Source: Chlorokybus atmophyticus (lineage: Eukaryota; Plantae; Mesostigma and Chlorokybus algae). Taken from it: 64,000 bases of DNA. The stretch is from the NCBI GenBank assembly GCA_009103225.1, contig RHPI01000772.1:351538-415537 (forward strand). Direction: 5' to 3'. A program made the position numbers and the translations under genes. The notes below the pieces were generated by a model. That model ran no database searches, was not told the DNA's origin, and saw only the letters and a list, made by a program, of their open reading frames with translations. This document shows positions 27,665-39,000 of this stretch, piece by piece (within the stretch, counting starts at the first letter, position 1; the number at the start of each line of letters is the position of its first letter).

Positions 27665-28679
27665 CTTTCCCTCTGCCTGCCTCCTCTTACGCTCTGCAGG
27701 TGGCTCCTACGTTTGTTATCTCCATGCCCTTGCACCCGCACACACCATGTTGCAGCTTGACGGTCGCTAGTTCCTAAGTTGCACTCCTAGCATTGAACTC
27801 TATCTTGGCCCCCACTCAAATCGCTTGCTTGTTGTTTGCTGGTTGCTATCTTGTTGCCGTGGTTGCATATGCATCGTAACCACTTTCAAAGCTTGCTGTA
27901 CTGCAACTCTTGTGTGTTGTAAATCACCATCATATTCACATGCTTCATTGTTGGTCGGATCGTAAATGATTGATGTCTTGTTAAAGTAGCAAGCATTACT
28001 CACATCGCATGTGATTTATTCATCATCACCACTGAACAGCTCTGACCCTAACCCTCGCACATGCTTTGATGATTGTGCACTTGAAGCGCATTTGCTCGTA
28101 TGTTAACAGCCATACATAAGAATTGTTGTTACTTCTACCATGTACAATAAGTGCGTGATCCATGGCGTTGTGGTGGTATGCAGTAGTATATGGTACCTTG
28201 TTTGTAATCAGAACGTGTGGATGCTTGGTAGGCAGGTAAACATGGTACTATATCCTTGCACATGCAAATCTCGTGCACATTGTTTGTGCGTGCTGCACAT
28301 ACTATGGGTGTGCATGTGTATAATAGAATGCAAGGATTGCAGCATGTAGGCGAGTGTGACACACGCATGAGCAGTCCACTCACCACACCTTGTGTATAAG
28401 AAATAGTATGCTACATATGTGCATGCATACTTCACATACCATCGCAGCATCCATGGTATCATGTAGTGCAATGCCCAGTACACCTGGTGGTCAGGTGCTG
28501 ATCCGTGCAATGCATGGATGTTGCACAATGTGTTCATGCGTTACACATTGCTTGTGCGCGTTCTCGGTGGAGACAGGTGACACCGTAGGCCACGAAGCCA
28601 GGGTACTTCACGTACACGTGAACCTGCCTGATACATTTATTATACACTACGGCCATCAACATCTATGTACACACCAACC

Positions 28680-29010
28680 CCACCACCCAACCCCACCACC
28701 GACGCCTAACCGTCAACAGCGACACTGCACAATGCAGGGCTGACAGTGCTAGCAGTCGCCCTGCATACGTGTGCCAGAGGGAGACAGGGCAGAGGGGCGG
28801 GGCAAAGGGGCCCTGCCACATCAGCAGCGCCGAGGGTTGCGAACCCCACCACCCAACCCCACCACCAACACCTAACCGTCAGCAGCGACACTGCGCAACG
28901 CAGGGCTGACAGTGCTGGCAGTCGCCCTGCATGCGTGTGCCAGAGGGAGACAGGGCAGAGGGCCGGGGCAGAGGGCCCCTGCCACATCAGCAGCGCCGAG
29001 GGTTGCGAGT
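28680..29010. repeat. Tandem duplication of an approximately 168-bp GC-rich unit
   Basis: Two near-identical copies of ccaccacccaaccccaccacc...cagcagcgccgagggttgcga. Confidence 0.9.
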
Positions 29011-29210
29011 CTCAGCGACTGCAGCCGCAGAGAAGAGAAGGAGGAGCGGAGGGAGAGAGAGGCGGAGGAGGGAGAGGAGCAGGAGGGGGAGGAAGAGAGG
29101 GAGACAGAGGGGAAGGAGGAAGGGAGAGGGAGGGGAAGGGAACTCATGGGCTGCCTGCTGACTGCATTGCCACTGCTGCACCGCTACATCTGCTGACTGA
29201 CCGTTGTTAA

Positions 29211-29272
29211 TGCTGCCCATACCCCGTGCAACACACGTGCATGCATGTGTGTTGCACGGGGTATGGGCAGCA
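29211..29272. repeat. 62-bp near-perfect palindrome
   Basis: 26-bp perfect arms TGCTGCCCATACCCCGTGCAACACAC / GTGTGTTGCACGGGGTATGGGCAGCA around g-TGCATGCA-t. Confidence 0.95.
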
Positions 29273-29695
29273 GTGAAGGTAGATAAGTAGTGAACTTGGA
29301 CATCCCGGTGGTGAATATACGAGTGCAATGGTGTAGTGTGCGGACTGCATGCATATTTGCTACATTCTCATGCATGCCACAATCCTTGCATACTATATTA
29401 TACATCAGTCATGATTGCAGGCAGTTGTGATGCAAAGCGAGCCACCATATCATGCTCAGTGAAGCACTTTTTATTGCACGATGCCAAAGACAATATGCGA
29501 GTGACCTCAGCCTGGCAAACGCTCCATGCATTGCCACACAAGTTGCTAGCACATGTTGAGGGGAGTATGTACACGACATGATGTTCAAGCCTGACATGGA
29601 CCGTGCAGACCAGCATGCTGGTCTGCATGCTGGTCTGCATGGTCCAACATGTCATACGGTTGGCAGTGAGGAAAGCGCTGCAACCGGATGAAAGC

Positions 29696-31778
29696 CTATG
29701 TTCCCATGAACACCTCTTCCGGCACCATAAACGGAACCCCGATCCGCTGCAACGCCAAGATCATAAGCATCTTTGTCTGGGTATTGTCCAACAAGCTGTA
29801 ATGAAAGTGCAACTGGAAAGCAGACTGTGACACTCACTTTGGCAAAGTCCTGATCTGAATCTCCATGGTCTTGCGGCCGGCCGGCGGCATCACCGACAAA
29901 AAACGAGCTGCCGCGAAGGTTGACTTGTTGTCAATAACAATTAAGCAAACTGCAAGTGCGCAAGCTATACACCTCTTGAGGTCAGGAGCCACATCTCCAT
30001 TCCCATGGCGAGCAAAGTACTCCCACATCCCCGTCTCTGGCTTTCTAAAGGGATCTCCACTGGCGCCGCATGCGACAAAAGCCTGCCCAAATATGTACCG
30101 CTTTCAGCTGAGCTCGTGCATAAGGATTGGAATATGCAGCAAACATCATGAATAAACACAGGTGCACTGAGCAGCAAGTCACAGCACCTGCATTGGGACA
30201 TCTATGGAGTTCATAAAATTCTGCAAGCGCCCAACTTTGGAGTCGACTGCTTTCTGGCGACTGTTCTTCCAGCGATCAATGTTGGCTTCATTAGAGAAGA
30301 TCACCTAAAGCATGGCCACGGGTTGTTGCATTGAGTTCTTTGGGTAGCAGCTGCATGCATGCACTGTCTGCGCGTGCATACCAACTTGTAGCCTTCTTCA
30401 TGTAGTGAGCGCAGCTTATCGGGAACGCTTGGATACATCAACTTCCAGTGTTCTGCACCTGTGCTGTAAGCAAGCAGTCAGTGCCACTTAATGCGAATTG
30501 ACATATGTTGTGACCATAAGCACTGCCCACGACTGCTGCTCAGCACACGTACAGTGTGTTGCAGCAACCAAGTTACAGCACAGGTTACATGCTGCAGCTC
30601 ACCGCCTCACGGAAGTATTGACCAGGCAGCCATCAAAGTCAAAAGCAGCCACTTTGCTGGATGGCTTCGAGCCCTCGGCCTGTTGTGATTGTGGCGATCA
30701 GTGCAGGTACAGCGATGCCTCACTACCACACCAGTAAACTTGTAGTGGTTTCTGATGGTCGCGCAGACTCACACTGAAAATTATGATGGATGCGTACGAC
30801 ATCCACTTTGGAGGAAGCGTTGCACCCTGCCAACAATGGTACCATGTTACAACTCCTGCAGCCAGTGCATGGTTGTACAACAGCTAACCTCGTATGGCAG
30901 TTTGCCACAGAGTACCAATTGTTACCTTATATGTGTCTTGCAATGTGCTTGTGGGTAATGCGGCTGCCTTGGTGTCCTCAGACGCTATGGCCTGGCCAAG
31001 TCCAGTTGTACCTCAGTGAACAAATGTTTGCATAATTAAACACCACGCAGACGAAAACTAGTAACTTGCCACAACAGCAGTTTCCGCAATGTCTGCGCTT
31101 GCTATTGCGTCCACTGACTCCTTCCGCTTTCGTTTTGGTGCTGCTGCCTTTGGTTTGGCAGCTTCTTCCTTAGCTGCTGTTATAAGCTCTTGCAAATTCG
31201 TCTGATCGGCAGCCTGTATGGAACCATGCCTCAAGGTCTAGCCTTCAGCCTCAGACACTGACACTGAAGGAGCTATCGGGCTTTCTCCCGAATTTACCTC
31301 AAGTTTGTCAAACCCTTCGACGTGGTCCCAGTTGTTGGTGAGTGCCTTGACATGTTTCACCGAACAAAAGCAACGGGCGTGGTACCTGCATATAGCAAAA
31401 TGTAAAGCTGCATGCGCAGATTACTGGTTCTTGACTAGACACATGTTTGGCAGTTTAGCATGCAAAGAGCCAACGCCCACCAAGACATCAAGACACCATG
31501 GACTTACGGAGGAGATCCGCAGTATCCGCAGTAGACACACGCAACGCATGATGGCGACTTTCCATAGGACAAGACGGCAGCGTCTACAACGCTAGCAGGC
31601 TGTACGACTTAGCCTGGACAGCATGCAGCGCTTACCACCGGACCATGTCGTATCCTGCGCCTGACTCGAAGGAATGCCCAAGTCTGACTTCATCTTTGCC
31701 GATCTTCTCTCCGCAGTCTTTGCAGCCGCTCCGCCCGGTTTTGGCGTACTCCACCGTCAATTTGGCAGGTGCAGGCAT
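29696..31778 (-). CDS. ZDP: Zinc-finger DNA 3'-phosphatase (PARP-type Zn finger plus PNKP 3'-phosphatase domain)
   Basis: About 11 exons give MPAPAKLTVEYAKTGRSGCKDCGEKIGKDEVRLG...WYHARCF...VEGFDKL, then GATLPPKW..., KVAAFDFDGCLVNTSVR, LMYPSVPDKLRSLHEEGYKLVIFSNEANIDRWKN, DPFRKPETGMW, SFFVGDAAGRPQDHGDSDQDFAK, PFMVPEEVF..*. Confidence 0.92.
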
Positions 31779-32299
31779 GGTCGAGGAGGATGGCCACTGC
31801 CACAGACTTACAGGCCTGCCAGACCAGCACTTACTGCTGCTCCTGCTGCAATACCTCAAGCTACCACCAAAGCCTACTACTACCTGCAGGCATGCAATCC
31901 CTTAACAGCCAACAAGGCAGTGCAATTCCCATAGCACTCACTCACGTTAGCAGCAACAGGAAGGTCTGGCATGCACAATTGGTGAAGCTTGACGGTTTGC
32001 ACAGCTTCTGGGCATGCAGCCATACTATGCATGGCTGACTGCTGTATGGCAAGCCAAGTACCTTCCGAGCAGAATGCCAGACCGGCTCACGTCGAAACAC
32101 CAGCTTGGAGGGTAGAATCGAACACGAAGCCGCCTTTGCCCAAAGCATGCACGGACCGAAGCACCGCTTTCAGCAGTAAAGCAGAATAACAATTGTTGTG
32201 CGCAATGCATTATGTTTCGTGCTTCAAGTTGATAATATATAATGCCCGGGATATCTGCCAGGTATTGATATCAGGGCTGGTCAAGTCTAACTGTAGGCG

Positions 32300-32440
32300 C
32301 CAAAAGTGACGCGCACAGCGGGTTTGCTTGCTGGAAGCGCGCCTGGGCATCGGCTTGGCCCTAGAAGTGACGCGCGCTGTGCGGGACAGGGGATTCGCGC
32401 GCCAGGGCAGAGTACCAAACCCTAGCCCAAGTCTGGGCTG
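32300..32440. promoter_or_regulatory. Shared promoter of divergent ZDP / VHA-c genes with telo-box, site-II-like motifs and a duplicated AAGTGACGCGC
   Basis: AAGTGACGCGC at 32304 and 32365; AAACCCTA at 32417-32424 immediately followed by AGCCCA and TGGGCT; CpG-rich. Confidence 0.5.
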
Positions 32441-32571
32441 AGGACAAGCAGAATGTTGGACGTTTGGGGTGTCAGGCAGGCGGGCGGCAACATCCGCGTC
32501 GTGTGCGGCTTGTAGGAGTGTCCATTGCTTTTGTTTCTGTTTGCCTGAGAGTTTCTTGTAGCTACTTCGCC

Positions 32572-33590
32572 ATGTCTGCCGATTATGGCGATGAGGTCGC
32601 TCCCTTCTTCGGCTTCATTGGGGCTGCGTCTGCCCTGGTGTTCTCATGTAAGATCTTGGATCAGTTGCTGCACGGTTGTTGACGTTTCTCAAGATGTGCG
32701 CGTCGCGCAGTTCACGCCTTACATCAACTGCTTTTGCAGTGGTGCCTGTACGTCGCTCCAGCTCTTAACTTTTCCTTGTCTGGAGGGCTGCTTGAGTTTT
32801 GCCGGCATATCTTTTGTTTTGCGTTCAAGCTCAGTAATAACTTTGCTTGACAGGCATGGGCGCGGCTTATGGTACCGCCAAGTCCGGCGTTGGTGTGGCG
32901 TCCATGGGTGTTATGCGGCCAGAATTGGTGATGAAGTCCATCGTGCCAGTTGTTATGGCTGGTGTGCTGGGTATCTACGGCCTTATCATTGCCGTCATCA
33001 TCACCACAGGCAGTATCCTCTCTGCAGTTTTGCGTGCTGCTTGTTGGTTATTGCATTGCACGAAGGACTCAATGAGCGCATGATGTGTAGACTCCAGTGT
33101 AACTGCAGTCCATATATCATGGGCTTGGTGCTGTTGCTATTGAGCCCATGATTGCATCACTGCAGTTCACGTTTCACATATGGTGCACCCCTTCCTGCAG
33201 TATTTCCTTGACCAATTGCCCGACAGTTTCTCCCGCAAAGACCCCGTATTATCTCTTTGATGGTTACGCGCATCTTGCCTCCGGTCTTTCTTGCGGTTTG
33301 GCAGGACTTTCAGCTGGCATGGCTATTGGTATCGTCGGAGATGCTGGCGTGCGGTAAGTGTTCTGTTGCCTGCATCTTACTCTCACTGGTGCGGTATGCC
33401 TTGCTTGGTTAACATTACCATTGTCATCATGCTGCTTATGCGGTGTTCCCGTGTTGGCAGGGCCAATGCCCAGCAACCCAAGCTGTTCGTGGGCATGATT
33501 CTTATTCTTATTTTCGCTGAAGCTCTGGCGCTGTATGGGCTGATTGTTGGCATCATTCTGTCTTCACGCTCAGGCTCATCCCGGGGTTAA
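32572..33590 (+). CDS. VHA-c: V-type H+-ATPase 16-kDa proteolipid subunit c
   Basis: Exons 32572-32647, 32854-33012, 33227-33353 and 33461-33590 give [95 protein letters not shown]...[36 protein letters not shown]. The catalytic Glu in FAEAL is intact. Confidence 0.98.
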
Positions 33591-34783
33591 GCTTGGTGTA
33601 CACCGCTGGCATTGTTGCTTTGACTGCATTATGCACTGAGAGCAACAGGGCAGCTGACTCTGCTAGGCTATCAGATGTGCTGCGCAGCTCCGTGTAGGTG
33701 CTGTATCATAGCATGTGTTGAAAGTTGGCGTAGCGCATGTTAGCATACAGTAACAGGCGCCAGCCCAATGATCTTGCCATAAAGCTATCCAGTTGCATGC
33801 ATTCACAAAGTTTATGAAGCTGCACTCGATCATGCAAGTTATGTTTGTATTTACCTTGCGTCGTCTGATAGTGGTTGCAGTAGGTGTTGGCACATTTTGC
33901 AGGATAAGCAGGAGGCTACTAAAAGCATGCATTTCAGCGCCGTGCATGACATGTAACACACCCCACGCACCTCAATGCTGCATGCCCAACCACCGGGCTG
34001 ACTATATCGATACTCTACCTGCTCCTATCGCCCCCCCGTTAGTCATGCATGCATAGGCGAAACTGAGTGACTGTCTGACCCACACCCTCCACAACTCATA
34101 CAACCTAAGCGACGTGGCATGGTAGTGTGGTGGGGGTGCAAATTAGTATCAGGCAAGCAAAGGCAGTTGCAAATACGATAGCTGGTTGGCCCCAAGTAAC
34201 TTGGGTAAGGATCACAAAAGGATGCAAGGGGAGCAATAGCGCCTCACCTACACAAAAGTGCCATAGTGAGAGACCTGCCAAGGGCAACTGTTCATCATGG
34301 CTTGCACCTCCTTGTATACCGCCGACTCCGGACTTTTTTGGGCTGCTCACGCTTGCAACAGTTGGGCTACTTGCGAGGAATGGAAGAAGACTCACAATGG
34401 CTGATGCCCAGACACGAGTGACAGTTTCACAATGGGGGGGGGGGGGGTAAAGGAACACCCAACTATGCCAACAATTAGTGGCAGAACCAAGCACATAGCA
34501 AGCACTTGACTAATCCAACCAGTGCATAGGTAATACGCTGTACTCAATCACGCACATAGGTAAAATAATGAAATAGTTGCAAGCTAGCTCGATGGTTGTG
34601 TTTAGTGGTATGATTGATGAGTGTAGACAATGTGTTGCTGTTGAGTTGGCATGTAAACACGGCATGTGTGACCTTGCATGCACGAAACCCCTATTCCACC
34701 TTTTACACACACACACACACGCGTGCTCAGTGCGGAGACACATGGTTGTGTACACAACCAAAAAAGACCAGGTACAGCAAGCA

Positions 34784-35075
34784 AGCGAAAAACATGACAC
34801 GGAACTTTTACCTACTCTACACCTCAATAAGTGCCACATGTGCTATGCACGTTTGATGCAGCAGCAGGAGGCTGTAGCAGCAGCCAACGGCTTAACCAAC
34901 TTGTGAAGCACATGCAGTAAACGAAGGTGAAAAACATGACCCGGAACTTTTACCTACTCTACACCTCAATAAGTGCCATATGTGCTATGCAAGTTTGATG
35001 CAGCAGCAAGAGGCAGTAGCAGCAGCCAACGGCTTAACCAACTTGTGGAAGCACATGCAGTAGACGAAGGTGAGT
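34784..35075. repeat. Tandem duplication of an approximately 143-bp unit
   Basis: Two copies of aaaacatgac.cggaacttttacctactctacacc...gcacatgcagta.acgaaggtga. Confidence 0.9.
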
Positions 35076-36025
35076 CCTTTAGAAGCGTAGCGGCAGTGGC
35101 GTGCAGCAAGGAAAGAGCAGTAAAATAAGTGCGATGATGTGCAATGATGTGCTGTATGTTCAGCCGCCCTTCCCACACGTCAACCCCACGTCACATCGAC
35201 CCCCCACTGGTGTATGGCATACATGCATTAATGGCAGTGATGGTAGTCACCTCGAGCTCCTTATGTACAGCTGCCAACCTCTTCAGTTGTGCAGTATTTG
35301 AATGCTACGAAATGAGGGATTTTCAGGTCACGTCAGCAAGGCGCTGATGGTTGAGGATTTCGTATGGATTTATGCAGAAATTGTAATATCGATAGCTGGC
35401 ATTGGTATCAGGTTCAGTTGTCCTTGTATTTAAGACTTGTAAGCTATGTAGCATATACACAAATATTTAAAATAGTGTATTCAACTTTGGTACAATACGT
35501 AATTGCCTTTGACATATACCACACGTGGTGAGTGGTGTGACTACGAACGCGGTTGGTTAAGGTGACAACCCTTGAGAACTCCATCGCGGTAAACACATGC
35601 AAGTGTTCAATTGGAAGGTTCGCTACTACCTTTGACAATAGACCACAACCGCCACGAACATAGCACTACCACATGTGGCTAGGACCAGGCAAACACGTAG
35701 GCATTGATGACCAACAGTAGCAGCAGCGACAATGGTTGCACAGATGTAAAGAGTAGTGCATACTTGGCCGGGTTGGCTCGATCCCTTTTAAGGCATTGAG
35801 CATGTGTCGGGCTTCGCGGGGTCGAGGGCTGGTGTGTCTCGAGCGGTTGAGCTGTAGCTGGTAGCAGCACAATGCTCCGTGCAGATGATCAGCACATATA
35901 CACATATGGTGGTATATATGCAGAAAGGCATGTGAGAAAGCAAACAAAGTACCCCCCTGTTGAGGATACTTACAGTATGGAAATTGCATGATGATTCCGT
36001 GTGGTATGGCTGACACTGTCGCGGA

Positions 36026-39000
36026 TGTTGAGAGTCATTCCTACATACGATCAGCATTGACCCTCCACACAGGAGTAGAAGGTCATAAGGACGAGCACTA
36101 GGTCCGGACTTAGCAAGATGGTGTCGTCGGACCAGACTCCGGACTCCAGACTGGAGCCTTACTAATTGCTTCGTATCTCCGCGTATACTTACTCATATTA
36201 GGCGTGTAAGAGCTTGTTGAAAAGCTCTGGTTGCAAGGAAGATAACACAGCTTAGAGCGCGTCAAAAGGCTGAGTATAGCTTACGCAGTGCTTGCAAACG
36301 TAGACGTGTGTGTAACTGGCTGGTATAAGAACCAGCGGACAACTTGTAATAGATGAGTGTGATGTGACTTGTGTATGCTCTGGTGGCGGTAGCTCTGTCT
36401 CTGTGCATCCATGCTTGCCTCAGCTACACGTGCATGCTAGTCCTTCAACAGGTTATGGGCCCACACTACGCTTGAGGAGTGTGAGACTAGCTTGTGTGCA
36501 TTAGTAGTTCTACACTACGGTAGCTTGTTGGTAGCAGAGCCTTGGGTGTCAACTGCAAGAAAGGCAGGCTCGACAGAAATGGAGGCGACCTACGACAAGG
36601 GGCAGATTGCAAAACTGGACACCGACAACTACAACACACGGTGCGTGGAGATGAAGGCCTTGCTCATCCATAAGTAGGTGTGGAAGTACGTTGATCCGAA
36701 GGCACCACCACCACCACCAGGAGCGAACACTGTGTGGTCAGAGCATTCAGCGGAAGCACACTCTTTGCTTGTGTTGAATTGCAAACCGCATCACTTTCCC
36801 ATGCTCACTGCATGTGAAGATGGTAGACAAGCTTGGGAAAAGCTATCAGCCGTTTTCAGAGCCAAGAACAATGCCAGAAAGTTGCATCTACGCAAGCAGC
36901 TCAGCGCACTCAGGAAGGAGGCAGCAGAACCCATCACAAAATATGTTGCGCGCACGAGAGAGCTGTGGGCGGACCTCATCAACGTCGGCCACAACATGGG
37001 GGAGACGGAGGTAGTGCTGGCCATTGTTGCAGGGCTACCAGCAGAGTACGAGGTCGTCGCAACCCTGCTGGAGACGTCATCATCGGAGTTGACGTTGGAC
37101 GATGTGCTACCGAAGCTGCTCACCGTGGAGCAGAGGGTTGTGAAGAAGGACGAGCAAGCGGATGCCGTCGCCTTCTACACCGGCAAGCACGCAAAGAAGA
37201 GCAACCATGAAGAGAAGTACAAGGGCAACAAGCCAGGCAATCCTCGTCACAAAGACCTCACATGCCATTGGTGTGGTTGGAAGGGGCACATTGTGAAGGA
37301 TTGCAGGAAGAAACAACAGGGGCAACCCAGAGCAAGCACCAGCAACAGCGGTAACGAGCACCAACACAAGAAGAAACATATTGCCTTCACTGCATCCAGT
37401 TCGAGGGCGAGCACAGCTTTCTGGGTGGTGGACTCTGGCTGCGATCGTCATCTCTCACCAAACAAGGAGGTGATGGAGGGCTACAAGAAGCTGACGTTCA
37501 TGATCAAGGTGGCGGGCTTCGATGGTGAAATACTGGTGGCTGAGGGAGTTGGCAATGTACGACTCCAGTGCAAGGTTGGTAACACACTACCTGAGGTGTT
37601 GTTACGCAACGTTCTGCATGTCCCAAAGGCTATTGCGAGTCTATTCTCTGTGAGGGTTGCGGAGCGCTTAGGCGCGGAGATCCTATTTCAACACAAGGAG
37701 AAACATATCGCCTTCACTGCATCCAGTTCGAGGGCGAGCACAGCTTTCTGGGTGGTGGACTCTGGCTGCGATCGTCATCTCTCACCAAACAAGGAGGTGA
37801 TGGAGGGCTACAAGAAGCTGACGTTCATGATCAAGGTGGCGGGCTTCGGTGGTGAAATACTGGAGGCTGAGGGAGTTGGCAATGTACGACTCCAGTGCAA
37901 GGTTGGTAACACACTACGTGAGGTGTTGTTACGCAACGTTCTGCATGTCCCAAAGGCTATTGCGAGTCTATTCTCTGTGAGGGTTGCGGAGCGCTTAGGC
38001 GCGGAGATCCTATTTTTGAAGGGTGGCTGCACAGTCATCCTTGATGGGGTCGTGCACATGGTTGGAATCACTGATCCGGGAGGGCTCTACCACGTGGAGC
38101 AGCACTATAGAAACATTGACATTCAAGCCATGGTGGTAAAAGACAAGGAGTCGCCAACATTGTGGCATCAAAGGTTCGGGCATCTCAGCTACGTCAACCT
38201 CACTCGCCTTGTCGAGAAGATGGTCAAGGGCATCCATCTCAGCACAGAAGAACTCAAGAATGCATCAGGTGCACTTTGTGAACCATGCCTGGTTGCAAAG
38301 CAGCATGCTATGCCATTCCCATCATCCTCTTCAAGCAGTCAGCATCCTTGTGAGCTTGTGCACATGGATGTCTGTGGCCCTATGCGCATTGTGGCGAAGG
38401 GAAGGGTCAGGTACTTTGCTACATTCCTCGACGACTGCAGCAAGCTATCCGTCATCTTTCCGTTGACACTGAAGTCAGAAGTTGCTGGAGCTGTGCGCAC
38501 AGTTGTGGCCTTGTTGGAGACCCAGTCTGGCAACAAGATGAAGGCAGTGAGGAGTGATCGAGGAGGGGAGTACATCAACAAGGAGTTGAAGGAGTTCTTC
38601 GCCAGTAAGGGCATACGCCACGAGACAACGGCACCCTACACCCCGCAGCAGAATGGAGCAGCTGAACGCCTCAGCAGGACACTCTTGGAGCGTGTTCGAG
38701 CCATGCTCAACGACACAAAAATGGAAGACAGTTTGTGGAAGGAGGCGGTACTCACTGCCAACTACATCCGCAACAGGTCTCCGGTGAGCTCAGAGCAGAA
38801 GACTCCGTGGGAGCACTTCTATGGAGCCACACCAGATGTGAGTGGTATGCGTGTGTTTGGATGCACGGCATATGCACTAGTGCCTAAACAGCTCAGGCAC
38901 AAGCTGGAGCCGGTCAGCAAGAAGGGCATCTTTGTTGTCTATGAACCGGGTTCCAAGGCTTACAGGATCTTGCTCGAGGACACTCAGAAGATCATTGCAA

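Noticed and set aside
33009-33013. Apparent GC-AG intron in VHA-c
   Set aside because: A canonical GT donor 3 nt downstream (ggca|gtatcc) with acceptor gacag|tt restores the conserved TGISP sequence.
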